The notes under the pieces: model-generated
Databases searched by the model: none
What the model saw: only the letters and a program-made list of their open reading frames with translations
What the model was told of the DNA's origin: nothing
Shown: in pieces, positions 8,812-17,590 of the stretch
How positions within the stretch are numbered: position 1 is the stretch's first letter
Layout of the letters: the number at the start of each line of letters is the position of its first letter
Made by a program: the position numbers and the translations under genes
DNA from: an uncultured virus (IMG/VR IMGVR_UViG_3300035130_000204)
Lineage: Duplodnaviria; Heunggongvirae; Uroviricota; Caudoviricetes
Length of the DNA stretch: 26,791 nt
Reading direction: 5' to 3' (one strand)
Virus record (IMG/VR): IMGVR_UViG_3300035130_000204

Positions 8812-11043
8812 GTGCCCGTAATCCTAAAGAGCCCAGGTGCTCCACTTTACGCTGAGCGCCTTCCAAACGGCGGCTACAGGCTACTGGAGGCACAGGCCGG
8901 CCTGGGCTCCGATGGCGTCCGTGCGCACGTTATGGCAGCTCCTAGCGTGGCTGCTGGCTCCCCTGGCATCTGGACTGCTCGAGAGATTGGTCCAGAGGGC
9001 CATTACGGACCAGAGAAATACGTCGACCGCAATCTGACCGTGGGTATCGGCCCCAATGGGCGAACAGGCAAGATGCGTCGGGCCAAGCTCTATCACTCGG
9101 TGCCGATCAAACCTGTCGGCGATATCGAGCAAGCAGCTCTGGCCCCGCTGCCGCCCGCCAACCCATGGGTTCTTGCAGCTATGGGCCTTGCTGCCGGCTT
9201 CTTGGGCCTTCGGTGGCTGCTCCAACGCAGAATCAAGCGGAATCCGGCTTGGACCAGCGAAGAGAGCAAGCTCGGCGATCAGTGGTCAGTCTGGACGCCA
9301 GACGGCGAGTTCATCGGCTACGTCCTCAGGATGCCAGGATACTTCGCGGCGCTCAACGACAATGGTGCGGTCATCGGCAAGATGGGCTCGCTGATCGAGG
9401 CTGAGGCGCTGGTCTACGGCAATTGGTCCTACCGTTTTGGCAGCTTCGACACCTTGGTCGCAAACCCTCCCTGGCGCATCGAGTGGCTGTTCGATATCGG
9501 CATGGTCTGGACGGGCTCTGCCGGAGGCTCCAACATCGGTCAGGTCACCGAGCAGGACGGCAAGTTCAGGGCAGACACCGGGCGCCACAGCCAGACTTTC
9601 GACTCGATAGACGAGGCCGCAGCGTGGCTGTATTCACAGCATGCGCCCAGCGAGGCCTCGCAGAGATCGATCCGCAAGGCCAAGAGGGAGATCGAGCGCG
9701 AGGAGATGCGAGAAGAGCGCATCTACATAACGCCCGAGGAGGTCCGCCACCGCATCCTGGTCAACCTGGGCCGGCAGAAGAAGCAGTCGAAGACCTACAG
9801 GCGCGACCCTTCCGTGGTGCGCGCAGACAAGGAACGTGAGGGCTACTCGTACCACACTTCGGTCATGCGCGACGTGACCTTCACCTTTCCCAAGCCGCTT
9901 TCGGAAGACCAGCTGACCCGCAAGGTCAAGGCGTCCAAGTCGCGAGTGCTCAAGCACGCCAAGCAGATGGCTCGCGACGGCGAGATCTACGGCTACTGCC
10001 ACAAGGTTCCGGTGGTGGTACCTGCAGTAGAGCGTGATGCTCGAGGCCGCAAGGTCATGACGGCCAAAAAGGCCAAGCGGCGCAGCAAGACCTACTGCTA
10101 CTTCGCGACGCACGGTCCAGGCGGCGAGCTTGGCCTGTTCAAGGCCGGCGAGCACAAGGTCCCCGAAGGCATCCAGACGCGGCTTCACCGCGGCGACACG
10201 GTCTACATCAAGGGCGCCGTCAAGCCAGAGCCGCTCTACGTCAGCCGCTTCAGCTTCGATTTCGAGGGCCAGCTGCAGGCCTACGTGCAGAAGTTCGGCC
10301 CTGCGATGACTGTTCCTTCTCCGAAAGAATCAGGCGAGTGGGTGCGGGTCGAGCAGCTGCAGCTGGCAACAGTGCCAAACCCTAAAGCCCGGAAGCAGAC
10401 CAAGGTCCTTGCTGCGCCAGAAATAACGATCGTCGAACATCCAGAGCCTGGCGATGACCCCGAGGCGCCCGCCAAGCGTGCGCACAGCTTCTATGTGGGC
10501 GACGAGGAAATTGGTGGAGCTAAATCCCACGCCTCGTATATGAGCTTCTTCAGCCTTGGTGAGTGGCAAAAACGCGGCGACCCCAATCGGCTCATCGTCT
10601 TCTACATCGACAAAAAGGGTCGGATCAGGACCATCGCGAAGGGTCATGGTCGCTTCGGAAGAGCGTACCCGAAGGTCTACACACCCGAGGAGGCGGCTCA
10701 GCTCGCCTATCAGCATTGGAGCCGTGATCGCGGTGGCATTGGGCCCATCTGGCACAACCCCGAGCAGACCGCGTTCCGGTTCTCAGCCGGACCGTCCTAC
10801 ATCGTCAAGGAGCGGAAGCCGAAGGGCCGCGGACGCGACGGACGGATGTTCTACGAGGAGTGGAAGACCGTGAGCAATCACGACACGCTCGAGTCGGCCA
10901 AAAAGGCGGCCACAGTTCATATCCCCAAGGGCGGTAGCCGAAGGTGGCTCAGGCAGCGCGCCATCTTCCTGCGCGGCAAGCGCGTGAGCAACGGACCGTT
11001 TTTGCTTCGAGAGTTCAAGGACCTCCCCGAGGTACCGAGGTAG
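8812..11043 (+). CDS. Large multidomain single-TM protein segmented by Asn-Pro motifs
   Basis: 743 aa ORF with IGPxG repeats, TM WVLAAMGLAAGFLGLRWLL, four post-TM NP motifs and very basic segments. Confidence 0.8.
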   Translation: MPVILKSPGAPLYAERLPNGGYRLLEAQAGLGSDGVRAHVMAAPSVAAGSPGIWTAREIGPEGHYGPEKYVDRNLTVGIGPNGRTGKMRRAKLYHSVPIKPVGDIEQAALAPLPPANPWVLAAMGLAAGFLGLRWLLQRRIKRNPAWTSEESKLGDQWSVWTPDGEFIGYVLRMPGYFAALNDNGAVIGKMGSLIEAEALVYGNWSYRFGSFDTLVANPPWRIEWLFDIGMVWTGSAGGSNIGQVTEQDGKFRADTGRHSQTFDSIDEAAAWLYSQHAPSEASQRSIRKAKREIEREEMREERIYITPEEVRHRILVNLGRQKKQSKTYRRDPSVVRADKEREGYSYHTSVMRDVTFTFPKPLSEDQLTRKVKASKSRVLKHAKQMARDGEIYGYCHKVPVVVPAVERDARGRKVMTAKKAKRRSKTYCYFATHGPGGELGLFKAGEHKVPEGIQTRLHRGDTVYIKGAVKPEPLYVSRFSFDFEGQLQAYVQKFGPAMTVPSPKESGEWVRVEQLQLATVPNPKARKQTKVLAAPEITIVEHPEPGDDPEAPAKRAHSFYVGDEEIGGAKSHASYMSFFSLGEWQKRGDPNRLIVFYIDKKGRIRTIAKGHGRFGRAYPKVYTPEEAAQLAYQHWSRDRGGIGPIWHNPEQTAFRFSAGPSYIVKERKPKGRGRDGRMFYEEWKTVSNHDTLESAKKAATVHIPKGGSRRWLRQRAIFLRGKRVSNGPFLLREFKDLPEVPR

Positions 11044-11052
11044 GAGAACAAC

Positions 11053-11547
11053 ATGGCATTCGGAGATGACAAGTTCTACGGCTGGCAGGGCAAGACGCTG
11101 GTGCTCGACCCTGGCACGTTCGCCTACGACCTTCCGCGCCGAGGTGCGGACTGGCAGGTGCAGTACTTCCCGATGGGCTCCAATGGCAACGGGAACGGCG
11201 TAGTCAGCGAGCTGGAGCAGTCGGGTCAGCACCTGGTCCGTGCCGGCGAGGCCGCTGCTCAGCAGGTGGCTCCTGCCATGAACCCCATCGAGGCGTGGGT
11301 GCGTCAGAACCCGCTCCTCGCGCTCATCGTAGGCGCTGGCGCGGGCGTGCTGCTCTACCGCATGTTGAAGCAGCGGTCGATGCGTGCCAACCCAGACATC
11401 GAGGAGAAGTTCCGCTACCTCATCCGTGGCGGCGCTGCTCGCGACGACGACAATTTCCTCAACCGCGTCTCTGACCTCATGCGCAAGAAATACGGCTACT
11501 CGCAGGGGCAGGTCGAGGAGATGTTCGCAGAAGAGGGCGCGCTGTGA
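11053..11547 (+). CDS. Single-TM protein
   Basis: AGGAGA RBS. PMGSNGNGNG, TM LLALIVGAGAGVLLY, RSMRANP then a small helical domain. Confidence 0.8.
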   Translation: MAFGDDKFYGWQGKTLVLDPGTFAYDLPRRGADWQVQYFPMGSNGNGNGVVSELEQSGQHLVRAGEAAAQQVAPAMNPIEAWVRQNPLLALIVGAGAGVLLYRMLKQRSMRANPDIEEKFRYLIRGGAARDDDNFLNRVSDLMRKKYGYSQGQVEEMFAEEGAL

Positions 11548-12275
11548 GCTACCACGGCATGGGGTCGGCGCCAGTTCTGCCATGTCCAACGAACTGTTGG
11601 CCGCGTCGCAACCCGGACGGAACTTTCGGACCTGAGTGCGACTGCGCCGCCTACGGCCCACCGCCTGGCGGTTCTGCAGCCTCTGAGGAGCTGCGGCGGA
11701 GACAAGCGGAGGCTCTTGCCATGAGAGCCCGTGGACAGGCTTGCCTCGATGCTGGTGGTCGTGAGTTTCGCCATCGCGGGCGCGAGTGCCCTGAAGGATC
11801 GATGTTCGTCAACCAGTTCAACATGGCACCGGCAGGCGTCCGCATGTACGAGCCGGGGGCGATTTGCTGCCAGCCTGCAGCAACCACGCAGTCAGCGACT
11901 ATTTTGATCCCCACGAGCTGCGTCCAGTACCTGCGCGGACTATCGCGAGCCGAGGTGTCATCACTCGCGGCCAGGTGGGCAGGCTATCAGCGCGCAGTGA
12001 CGGCGTGGCGCACGCAGACGATCGATCCAAGCCGCCGCTTGGAGATGGGCGCACGAGGTCCTGCGCCGGTCTTCCAGGGGACGCCGTCGGAGCGCGCTTG
12101 CGCTCGCCATGCAGGCCAGTGGCTCGAGCAGACGCCAGAGCGTCCTTGGTACGCACACCCGGCCGTCATGGTCGCAGGCGCTGCCATCGGAGCCATGACG
12201 CTGTACTCCTGGCTGACGCGGCGCCCCGTAGTACCTAAGGCTGGACCACCTCTGCTGGGAGGACAGCCCCGATGA
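11544..12275 (+). CDS. Cys-rich protein with C-terminal TM anchor
   Basis: GTGA overlap. MSYHGMGS leader, multiple Cys including a CC pair, TM AVMVAGAAIGAMTLYSWL. Confidence 0.75.
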   Translation: MSYHGMGSAPVLPCPTNCWPRRNPDGTFGPECDCAAYGPPPGGSAASEELRRRQAEALAMRARGQACLDAGGREFRHRGRECPEGSMFVNQFNMAPAGVRMYEPGAICCQPAATTQSATILIPTSCVQYLRGLSRAEVSSLAARWAGYQRAVTAWRTQTIDPSRRLEMGARGPAPVFQGTPSERACARHAGQWLEQTPERPWYAHPAVMVAGAAIGAMTLYSWLTRRPVVPKAGPPLLGGQPR

Positions 12276-12841
12276 GCTATGAGCGACCCATGGGCTCAGA
12301 GGTCTACGCTGCCAGTGCCATCGGCTCGAAGATCATGCCGGGCTGGAACGTCCAGCGCATCACGCCAGAGGGTGAGCGCGGTCCGCTGATGCCGACGCCA
12401 AGGCGCTTCGCGGCACCAATCGGAAACGGCCCGGTGCGACCGTACAAGACGCTCTTCGGCCGTGCCATCGGGCCGCAGGGACCCACGGGTCCCGTGACGG
12501 CACTTGGAGACAACGGCGATCGTCCGTTCACACAGCTCGTGATGGGCGCGGTCATTGTTGGCCTCGGATTTTTCGTTCTATTTCGACCGTTGCGCAAAGA
12601 ACGCAATCCCAAGCGCAAGCTCCTAGGGATGTCACCCAAGGGCGAGCGTCTCTTCGGCGAGCTGAATCCTGAGGACATTCGATACATGCACGTCTACGCC
12701 GTGAAGGACGGTCGTGAACGCTACGTCGGCCAGGTGCTCGACACGGGTGGCGCTTACTTTGCCGTGCTTCCATCGGGCAGACAGGTTCACGCTCATACAG
12801 CCAAGGAAGCTGCCGAGGTCCTGGTTGGGATAGGAGTTTGA
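12272..12841 (+). CDS. Single-TM protein with IGPxG repeats and C-terminal beta-beta-beta-alpha domain
   Basis: ATGA overlap. MSYERPMGS, ALGDNG, TM LVMGAVIVGLGFFVLF, RKERNP. Confidence 0.8.
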   Translation: MSYERPMGSEVYAASAIGSKIMPGWNVQRITPEGERGPLMPTPRRFAAPIGNGPVRPYKTLFGRAIGPQGPTGPVTALGDNGDRPFTQLVMGAVIVGLGFFVLFRPLRKERNPKRKLLGMSPKGERLFGELNPEDIRYMHVYAVKDGRERYVGQVLDTGGAYFAVLPSGRQVHAHTAKEAAEVLVGIGV

Positions 12842-12842
12842 G

Positions 12843-13535
12843 ATGAGCTACGAGTCCAAAGGCGCGCCCGTGATGGTCGAGACGACCATGCCAGGACCAG
12901 GCGGAACGATCGAGGCTCGCAACATAGGTCCTCACGGCCCGACAGGTCCGGACCACGTCGTGGATACCGACTACATGCGCGCCATAGGGCCGCATGGAGC
13001 GCAAGGACCGCTGCGACCGATGCCCATGGAATGGGCTCGCGCCATCGGGCCTGGAGGGGGCCAGGGGCCGCTCATCCCGCTCGAGGGTCTCGGCACCATC
13101 GGCGACTTTATCAGTCGCTATCGCACTGCCATGCTGGTTATTGGCGCTGGTGTGCTCGGATGGATGTTCTGGAAGAAGCAAAAGAGTGGCACAGACATAC
13201 TCACGCGAACGACACCCGAGGGCGACGTCGTTCAGGTGCGCCCCTACAAGGCTGTTCGCGAGCAGATCGTCGTTCCACCAGACGTCGTCAAGCGGCCGAC
13301 GGGTGACGCGGACTGGATGCTCTTCGAGTCCGACGTCAAGGATCGCATCAGCGACTTCAGCCTGGGCGTCGTCGGACCGTCGTACAAGACAAAGGGCAAG
13401 TGGACCGCCGATGTGAACGTCGGGTGGGGCGACTTTCTCAACCTGGGCACGTTCGACACCAGCAACGACGCCGTGATCGCGCTCCTCATGGAGTCCGAAG
13501 ACGTGCCGGTCTCGCACCGAAGGCCGATGGAGTAG
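12843..13535 (+). CDS. Single-TM protein with IGPxG repeats and AP2-like C-terminal domain
   Basis: AGGAG RBS. MSYES leader, three IGP[HG]GxxGP units, EGLG, TM AMLVIGAGVLGWMFW, GKWTADV..LGTFDTSNDA. Confidence 0.8.
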   Translation: MSYESKGAPVMVETTMPGPGGTIEARNIGPHGPTGPDHVVDTDYMRAIGPHGAQGPLRPMPMEWARAIGPGGGQGPLIPLEGLGTIGDFISRYRTAMLVIGAGVLGWMFWKKQKSGTDILTRTTPEGDVVQVRPYKAVREQIVVPPDVVKRPTGDADWMLFESDVKDRISDFSLGVVGPSYKTKGKWTADVNVGWGDFLNLGTFDTSNDAVIALLMESEDVPVSHRRPME

Positions 13536-13540
13536 ATGCC

Positions 13541-14116
13541 ATGAGCTACGACTACCAGGGTGCTTACAACAGGGCCATCGGGACGAAGCTGCTTCCGTCC
13601 AAACAGGGCGTATCAGGCGTTCCAGTCTGGGAGCGCGGCCAGTTCACCTACGGAGCTGGACCGTTCGCGCCTGGAGGCCCCGGCGGCGGCATGACCATCG
13701 GCCCCAGCTACACGCAGCCTGGGCCAGCAACAGGACCAGGCTCGTGTCCGCAGGTCAGCGGCGGTCGTCTGGTTTGCGTGCAGGCGCCGATGACCGAGCG
13801 CGGCATGGAGACTGGAAGAGGTTGGCCACCCGAGATCGGCCCGCAAGAAGAGCAGATGATGGAGGTGGGCTGTGTCGCGACTGGTCGCCGATGTGGTGGA
13901 AGTGCTCGTGCTCCTGGTCAGTATTGGTGCTGCCCGTCTTCGGGCGGCATGCCCATGCCGTTCATTGGCACGCCGTTTCCGCACGGGTCGGGAGGACTCG
14001 GAAACAACGGAAGCTCAGGCGCGACAACCCTGAGGGCTCTAGCAATTGGCGTCGTTGGTTTGGCTGCTGCATGGCTTGCCATGAACCTGATCGCAGGGCC
14101 CGCAAGGGACATGTGA
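13541..14116 (+). CDS. Gly/Pro/Cys-rich protein with C-terminal TM anchor
   Basis: GGAG RBS before ATG 13541. MSYDY leader, YWCC, GGLGNNGS, TM ALAIGVVGLAAAWLAM. Confidence 0.75.
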   Translation: MSYDYQGAYNRAIGTKLLPSKQGVSGVPVWERGQFTYGAGPFAPGGPGGGMTIGPSYTQPGPATGPGSCPQVSGGRLVCVQAPMTERGMETGRGWPPEIGPQEEQMMEVGCVATGRRCGGSARAPGQYWCCPSSGGMPMPFIGTPFPHGSGGLGNNGSSGATTLRALAIGVVGLAAAWLAMNLIAGPARDM

Positions 14117-14133
14117 AGGAAAAGAGACGTGTG

Positions 14134-14499
14134 ATGGGATACGAAAGCAACAACGGTTCCGACATCTGTGACTTCGGCTATTGCGATGAGAGCATGGGCG
14201 CTGCCGCAGCTCCACGAGGCGCTGTGCGACTCGGTGCCACAACCTACGGGAGTCTGCGGATCAACGTCTTCGTGCACGGAAGATGGACAACGACCCGATC
14301 ACGGAGTGTCGCTGATTTGGTGACTGTCACAGGCCGCACAGGGCCTGTGTACACCGGCACCGCAGCCACGCTGCCCTACTCGCTGCGTCTGCCCACGGGG
14401 TCGTACACGGTCACAGTGACAGGCATTGGCAAGCCTCGGCGAAGCCAGACGGTTCGCATCAGGCCGAATCGCATGACTTCGGTCAGGTTCTACGTGTAG
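14134..14499 (+). CDS. Small beta-sandwich (PEGA/carboxypeptidase-regulatory-like) protein
   Basis: MGYESNNG leader. GSLRINV, LPTGSYTVTVTG and SQTVRIRPNRMTSVRF follow the PEGA-like strand pattern. The track start at 13744 overlaps the previous gene, so it was moved. Confidence 0.6.
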   Translation: MGYESNNGSDICDFGYCDESMGAAAAPRGAVRLGATTYGSLRINVFVHGRWTTTRSRSVADLVTVTGRTGPVYTGTAATLPYSLRLPTGSYTVTVTGIGKPRRSQTVRIRPNRMTSVRFYV

Positions 14500-14505
14500 A
14501 CGAAC

Positions 14506-15360
14506 ATGCGGAGCCCAGGACAGGTCGGCTTCCTCGCCTCCCCCGATGGCGCACCCCGGCAGGGTGAGACGCCAGACGAGTCTCGTGACTCATCCGCACG
14601 AGAGCAGCTGCCGCTCGCCCTGCCGGGGCCGACCCAGTGGCTGGTTTACGGCGTCCTCGGGCTCGGGGGAGCCTACGTCCTGACCAAGGTTGCTGAGTGG
14701 CTGCTGAATCCTGAGGACGTCGTTCCCAATCCACCCGAGTGCCCGCTGACCAAGTACTCGTTTGGTGGAATTTCGATGGACGATGGCTTTGGGTCGGCAA
14801 CAGAGTACGAGATCGGCGCAAGGCGAATCGTGGATTCTTGCAGCTGCGTTCTTGGCGAGCTTGGCAAGGGGGCGTACTACGCAGATCGCAATCGTGACAA
14901 GGATTGGTTCGTTGCAGCTCGCATATCGACGGCCTACATCGATGAAAAGGTCAAGCTCGTCGTCTATGTACGTCGCGAGTACTCAAAGCAGCTCTACACC
15001 GATCGCATGGTGCCAGCCAGAATCCTTGAGATGGGCTACCACGACCCTGAGCAGGCCATAGAGTCAGCTCGCAAGAGCGTCTACAGCATCCGGCATGCGG
15101 CACCAGCGTTGATTATGCGTTCCGCTGACATGGCTGAAAGGTTGAGTGGCTGCAACTTGCCTGAGCCGGTCCACAACCTTGCGTTCTGGTGTTACGTGGT
15201 GATCGAGTCGCTCGGCGAGTGCATGCTGGACGGCGTAGAGGACTTTCCGGAGAGAGTCAAGGACCCCTTCGGCATGAACCGACTAGCATCCGACGTTTAC
15301 ATGCTCGAGCATGCGACGAAAAAGTTTTTTGCTGCCCAAGAGGCATCGGGGCGACACTAG
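14506..15360 (+). CDS. Single-TM protein with unknown C-terminal globular domain
   Basis: TM WLVYGVLGLGGAYVL followed by LNPEDVVPNP. Fills the gap between neighbours exactly. Confidence 0.7.
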   Translation: MRSPGQVGFLASPDGAPRQGETPDESRDSSAREQLPLALPGPTQWLVYGVLGLGGAYVLTKVAEWLLNPEDVVPNPPECPLTKYSFGGISMDDGFGSATEYEIGARRIVDSCSCVLGELGKGAYYADRNRDKDWFVAARISTAYIDEKVKLVVYVRREYSKQLYTDRMVPARILEMGYHDPEQAIESARKSVYSIRHAAPALIMRSADMAERLSGCNLPEPVHNLAFWCYVVIESLGECMLDGVEDFPERVKDPFGMNRLASDVYMLEHATKKFFAAQEASGRH

Positions 15361-15381
15361 CTACTTAAGGAGTACGTTAAC

Positions 15382-15909
15382 ATGTTTGACGACAACGAGA
15401 ACAACGGCATCTTCAACGGGGCCAGCGGCATTGGCGACACGCCTGAAGAGGCTGCCCAGGAAGCTCAGGTCGAGGAGGCCACCGCCACGACAGGCGCGCA
15501 GCCCATTCCGGCGATGACCAACCAGAACGTGGCCGCCGCGAACCAGAACGTGCAGGTCACCGCCCAAGGTCCCGCATGGTTGGCTCCGATTCTCGGCGTC
15601 GGTCTGCTCGGCATGGGCATCGTGGCCATGGCCATCCCTGTGGCGTTGGGCGCAGCAGGGGCAGCGCTCGCAGCGCCCAAGGGTCAGCGCAAGGAGCGCA
15701 TGCTCGGCGGCGCCCTCATCGGCCTGGGCGCCTCGATGGCAGCCAGCATGCTCGACCCACAGGGTCGCATCCCGATGTTCCGATCGATCGCAGCCTTCGG
15801 TGGCGGCTACACGTACGCGTTCAAGCGGATTCGCGGCGAATGGCCGACTCCAAGCGCCATCAAGGAGGCCCACACGACGCCGGCACCTGCTCTGCCGGCG
15901 CCTCGGTGA
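15382..15909 (+). CDS. Multi-TM glycine/alanine-rich membrane protein
   Basis: AAGGAG RBS. SGIGD motif, long Gly-zipper-like hydrophobic segments, GGGYT. Confidence 0.8.
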   Translation: MFDDNENNGIFNGASGIGDTPEEAAQEAQVEEATATTGAQPIPAMTNQNVAAANQNVQVTAQGPAWLAPILGVGLLGMGIVAMAIPVALGAAGAALAAPKGQRKERMLGGALIGLGASMAASMLDPQGRIPMFRSIAAFGGGYTYAFKRIRGEWPTPSAIKEAHTTPAPALPAPR

Positions 15910-15915
15910 GGCAGC

Positions 15916-16293
15916 ATGAGCTACGAAGCTCCACGGCTGGAACCTTCAGCGGTGCTCGCTGACGATGCCACATGGCCCGAAGCAACGCCACGGTTCATGG
16001 ATTCCGTGCGATGCCTAGGTGAAAGGCCTCACGGCGTGCGCACGCAGCTTCCGCCTGGCGGCTCCACGCCAGAGTACGAGGCTTACGTCGCGCAATGGTT
16101 GACCTCGCACGACTGCGTTCGTCATGTGCCGGTTACGGGCGAGACCGGACGGACATTCTGCTGTCGCGTCGGACCACCGCTGGTTTTTCCATGGGGACCA
16201 GTCATGGCGTTTGGCCTCGGCGGGGTGCTGCTCGCAGCCTGGTACAGCCGTCGTCGTCGCGCAGCTCTTGAAGAGGCACTGGAGGAGTCCTGA
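15916..16293 (+). CDS. Small Cys-containing protein with C-terminal TM anchor
   Basis: GAGG RBS. MSYEA leader, TFCC, TM VMAFGLGGVLLAAWY followed by RRRR. Confidence 0.75.
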   Translation: MSYEAPRLEPSAVLADDATWPEATPRFMDSVRCLGERPHGVRTQLPPGGSTPEYEAYVAQWLTSHDCVRHVPVTGETGRTFCCRVGPPLVFPWGPVMAFGLGGVLLAAWYSRRRRAALEEALEES

Positions 16294-17060
16294 TGTCTTA
16301 CGATTTCGTAGACCGAGGGGACATGTGGTTCGGCCACGTCTTCGATGTATACGAAGGCGATGACTGGATCGGCGGCGTGATGCAGGGAAAGCAAAACCCA
16401 AGATGGAGCGCCGTCACGCCTTCCGGTGCAAGCGCAGAGTCCCTGCCCTTTGCAACGCGAGAGGAGGGCGCCTGCTGGCTCGATGCTCAAGGCGTTCGAG
16501 TACCCAAGACGAAGAAGTGGCGCTATTCACCGCCTATATACGCCGTTCTCGGGCCGGTCGAGCCGGCCATGGGCAACAACGGATCGGCAACGCCATCGAT
16601 AGCAAGCCGGACGATCGTGGCTTCGCAAGACGCCATCGAACGCGATGCTGGCGAGCCAGAAGATCCAGACATCGTCGACGACCGATGGGAAGCAGCAGGC
16701 GAGGAGCTGCAACACGCGCTGCGGATCTTCCAGCGAAGAACGTGGGAAGACCCTTACGCCATTTTCCTTGCGATCACTGTCGGAGCTGCGCTGGCTCCGG
16801 CAGCCATTGCTGGTGGCATCGCAGGACGCCGAGAAGATGCGACTGCAAAAGGCGTCGCTGTGGGACTCGGAGCCGCTGCAGCCACGGCGCTGCTCATGAA
16901 CCCAGTAAGCGTTTTGATCACGGGGCGTCGTAACGCAATTCCACAGGCGATCATGCACATCGGCGGAGGCTACACGCCGTTCGTTCTCGCGCTTCTCGCT
17001 TCTGCTGGGGTTGGATACGGCGCTTCGTTCCTGGCAACGAGAGACACGGAGACACCATGA
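16293..17060 (+). CDS. Membrane protein: N-terminal beta-beta-beta-alpha domain plus multi-TM domain
   Basis: GGAGGAG RBS and TGATG overlap. MSYDF leader, AMGNNGS, three hydrophobic segments, GGGYT. Confidence 0.8.
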   Translation: MSYDFVDRGDMWFGHVFDVYEGDDWIGGVMQGKQNPRWSAVTPSGASAESLPFATREEGACWLDAQGVRVPKTKKWRYSPPIYAVLGPVEPAMGNNGSATPSIASRTIVASQDAIERDAGEPEDPDIVDDRWEAAGEELQHALRIFQRRTWEDPYAIFLAITVGAALAPAAIAGGIAGRREDATAKGVAVGLGAAAATALLMNPVSVLITGRRNAIPQAIMHIGGGYTPFVLALLASAGVGYGASFLATRDTETP

Positions 17061-17587
17061 GCTACGCCCAGGTCACCCGCGGCAAGCATCTGTTCGGGGG
17101 CGTCTACGAAACGCTCGTCGACGGTGAGGTCATCGGCGTCACAAAGCAAGGGCGCAACAACCCATGGTGGACCCCAGGGGTCAGACCAACCTTGGGTTCC
17201 ATAGAAGACTGGACGCGAAACCCTTTCCGGCTGGCAGTGGTGGTCGCCGTGGGCATCGCAGGGGTGGCAGTGATTACCGAAATGGCCAAGGTGTTCCGCT
17301 TCAAGCGGCGTGTTTACGTCAATCCGTTGAGCGTCTCCGATGCACGAAATCTAGGGCGGATGCTTGGCGTCAACTGGGAATCTGTCGACTACGGACCGGC
17401 ACAGCTGCGTGCCGGCATACTCGTGGAGCAAGAGCACGGGCCTGGTGGCCCGGCTGGAATGATGGGTGATGTCACACACGGTGATACGCTGGAGACGGCC
17501 AAGATAGCGCTGGCGCACCTCGAGGAGCTGCCCGACTACTATATCCGGCTCGCCGAGATGGAAGCACGGGGCGAGTGCGAGGTCTGA
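17057..17587 (+). CDS. Single-TM protein with C-terminal DUF5661-like domain
   Basis: QLRAGILVEQEHG..DVTHGD..TAKIALAHLEELPDYYIRLAEME matches the DUF5661 pattern as I recall it. TM LAVVVAVGIAGVAVI, then YVNP. Confidence 0.8.
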   Translation: MSYAQVTRGKHLFGGVYETLVDGEVIGVTKQGRNNPWWTPGVRPTLGSIEDWTRNPFRLAVVVAVGIAGVAVITEMAKVFRFKRRVYVNPLSVSDARNLGRMLGVNWESVDYGPAQLRAGILVEQEHGPGGPAGMMGDVTHGDTLETAKIALAHLEELPDYYIRLAEMEARGECEV

Positions 17588-17590
17588 GCG

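Noticed and set aside
12910..13080. Collagen-like repeat
   Set aside because: Gly-X-Y runs are only about three triplets long and are interrupted by beta-like segments.
8427..16600. N-myristoylation at MGxxxS/T-like motifs (MGTNGT, MGNNGS)
   Set aside because: The motifs are internal, many copies do not fit, and gene signals are bacterial. They are kept only as a possible cleavage motif.
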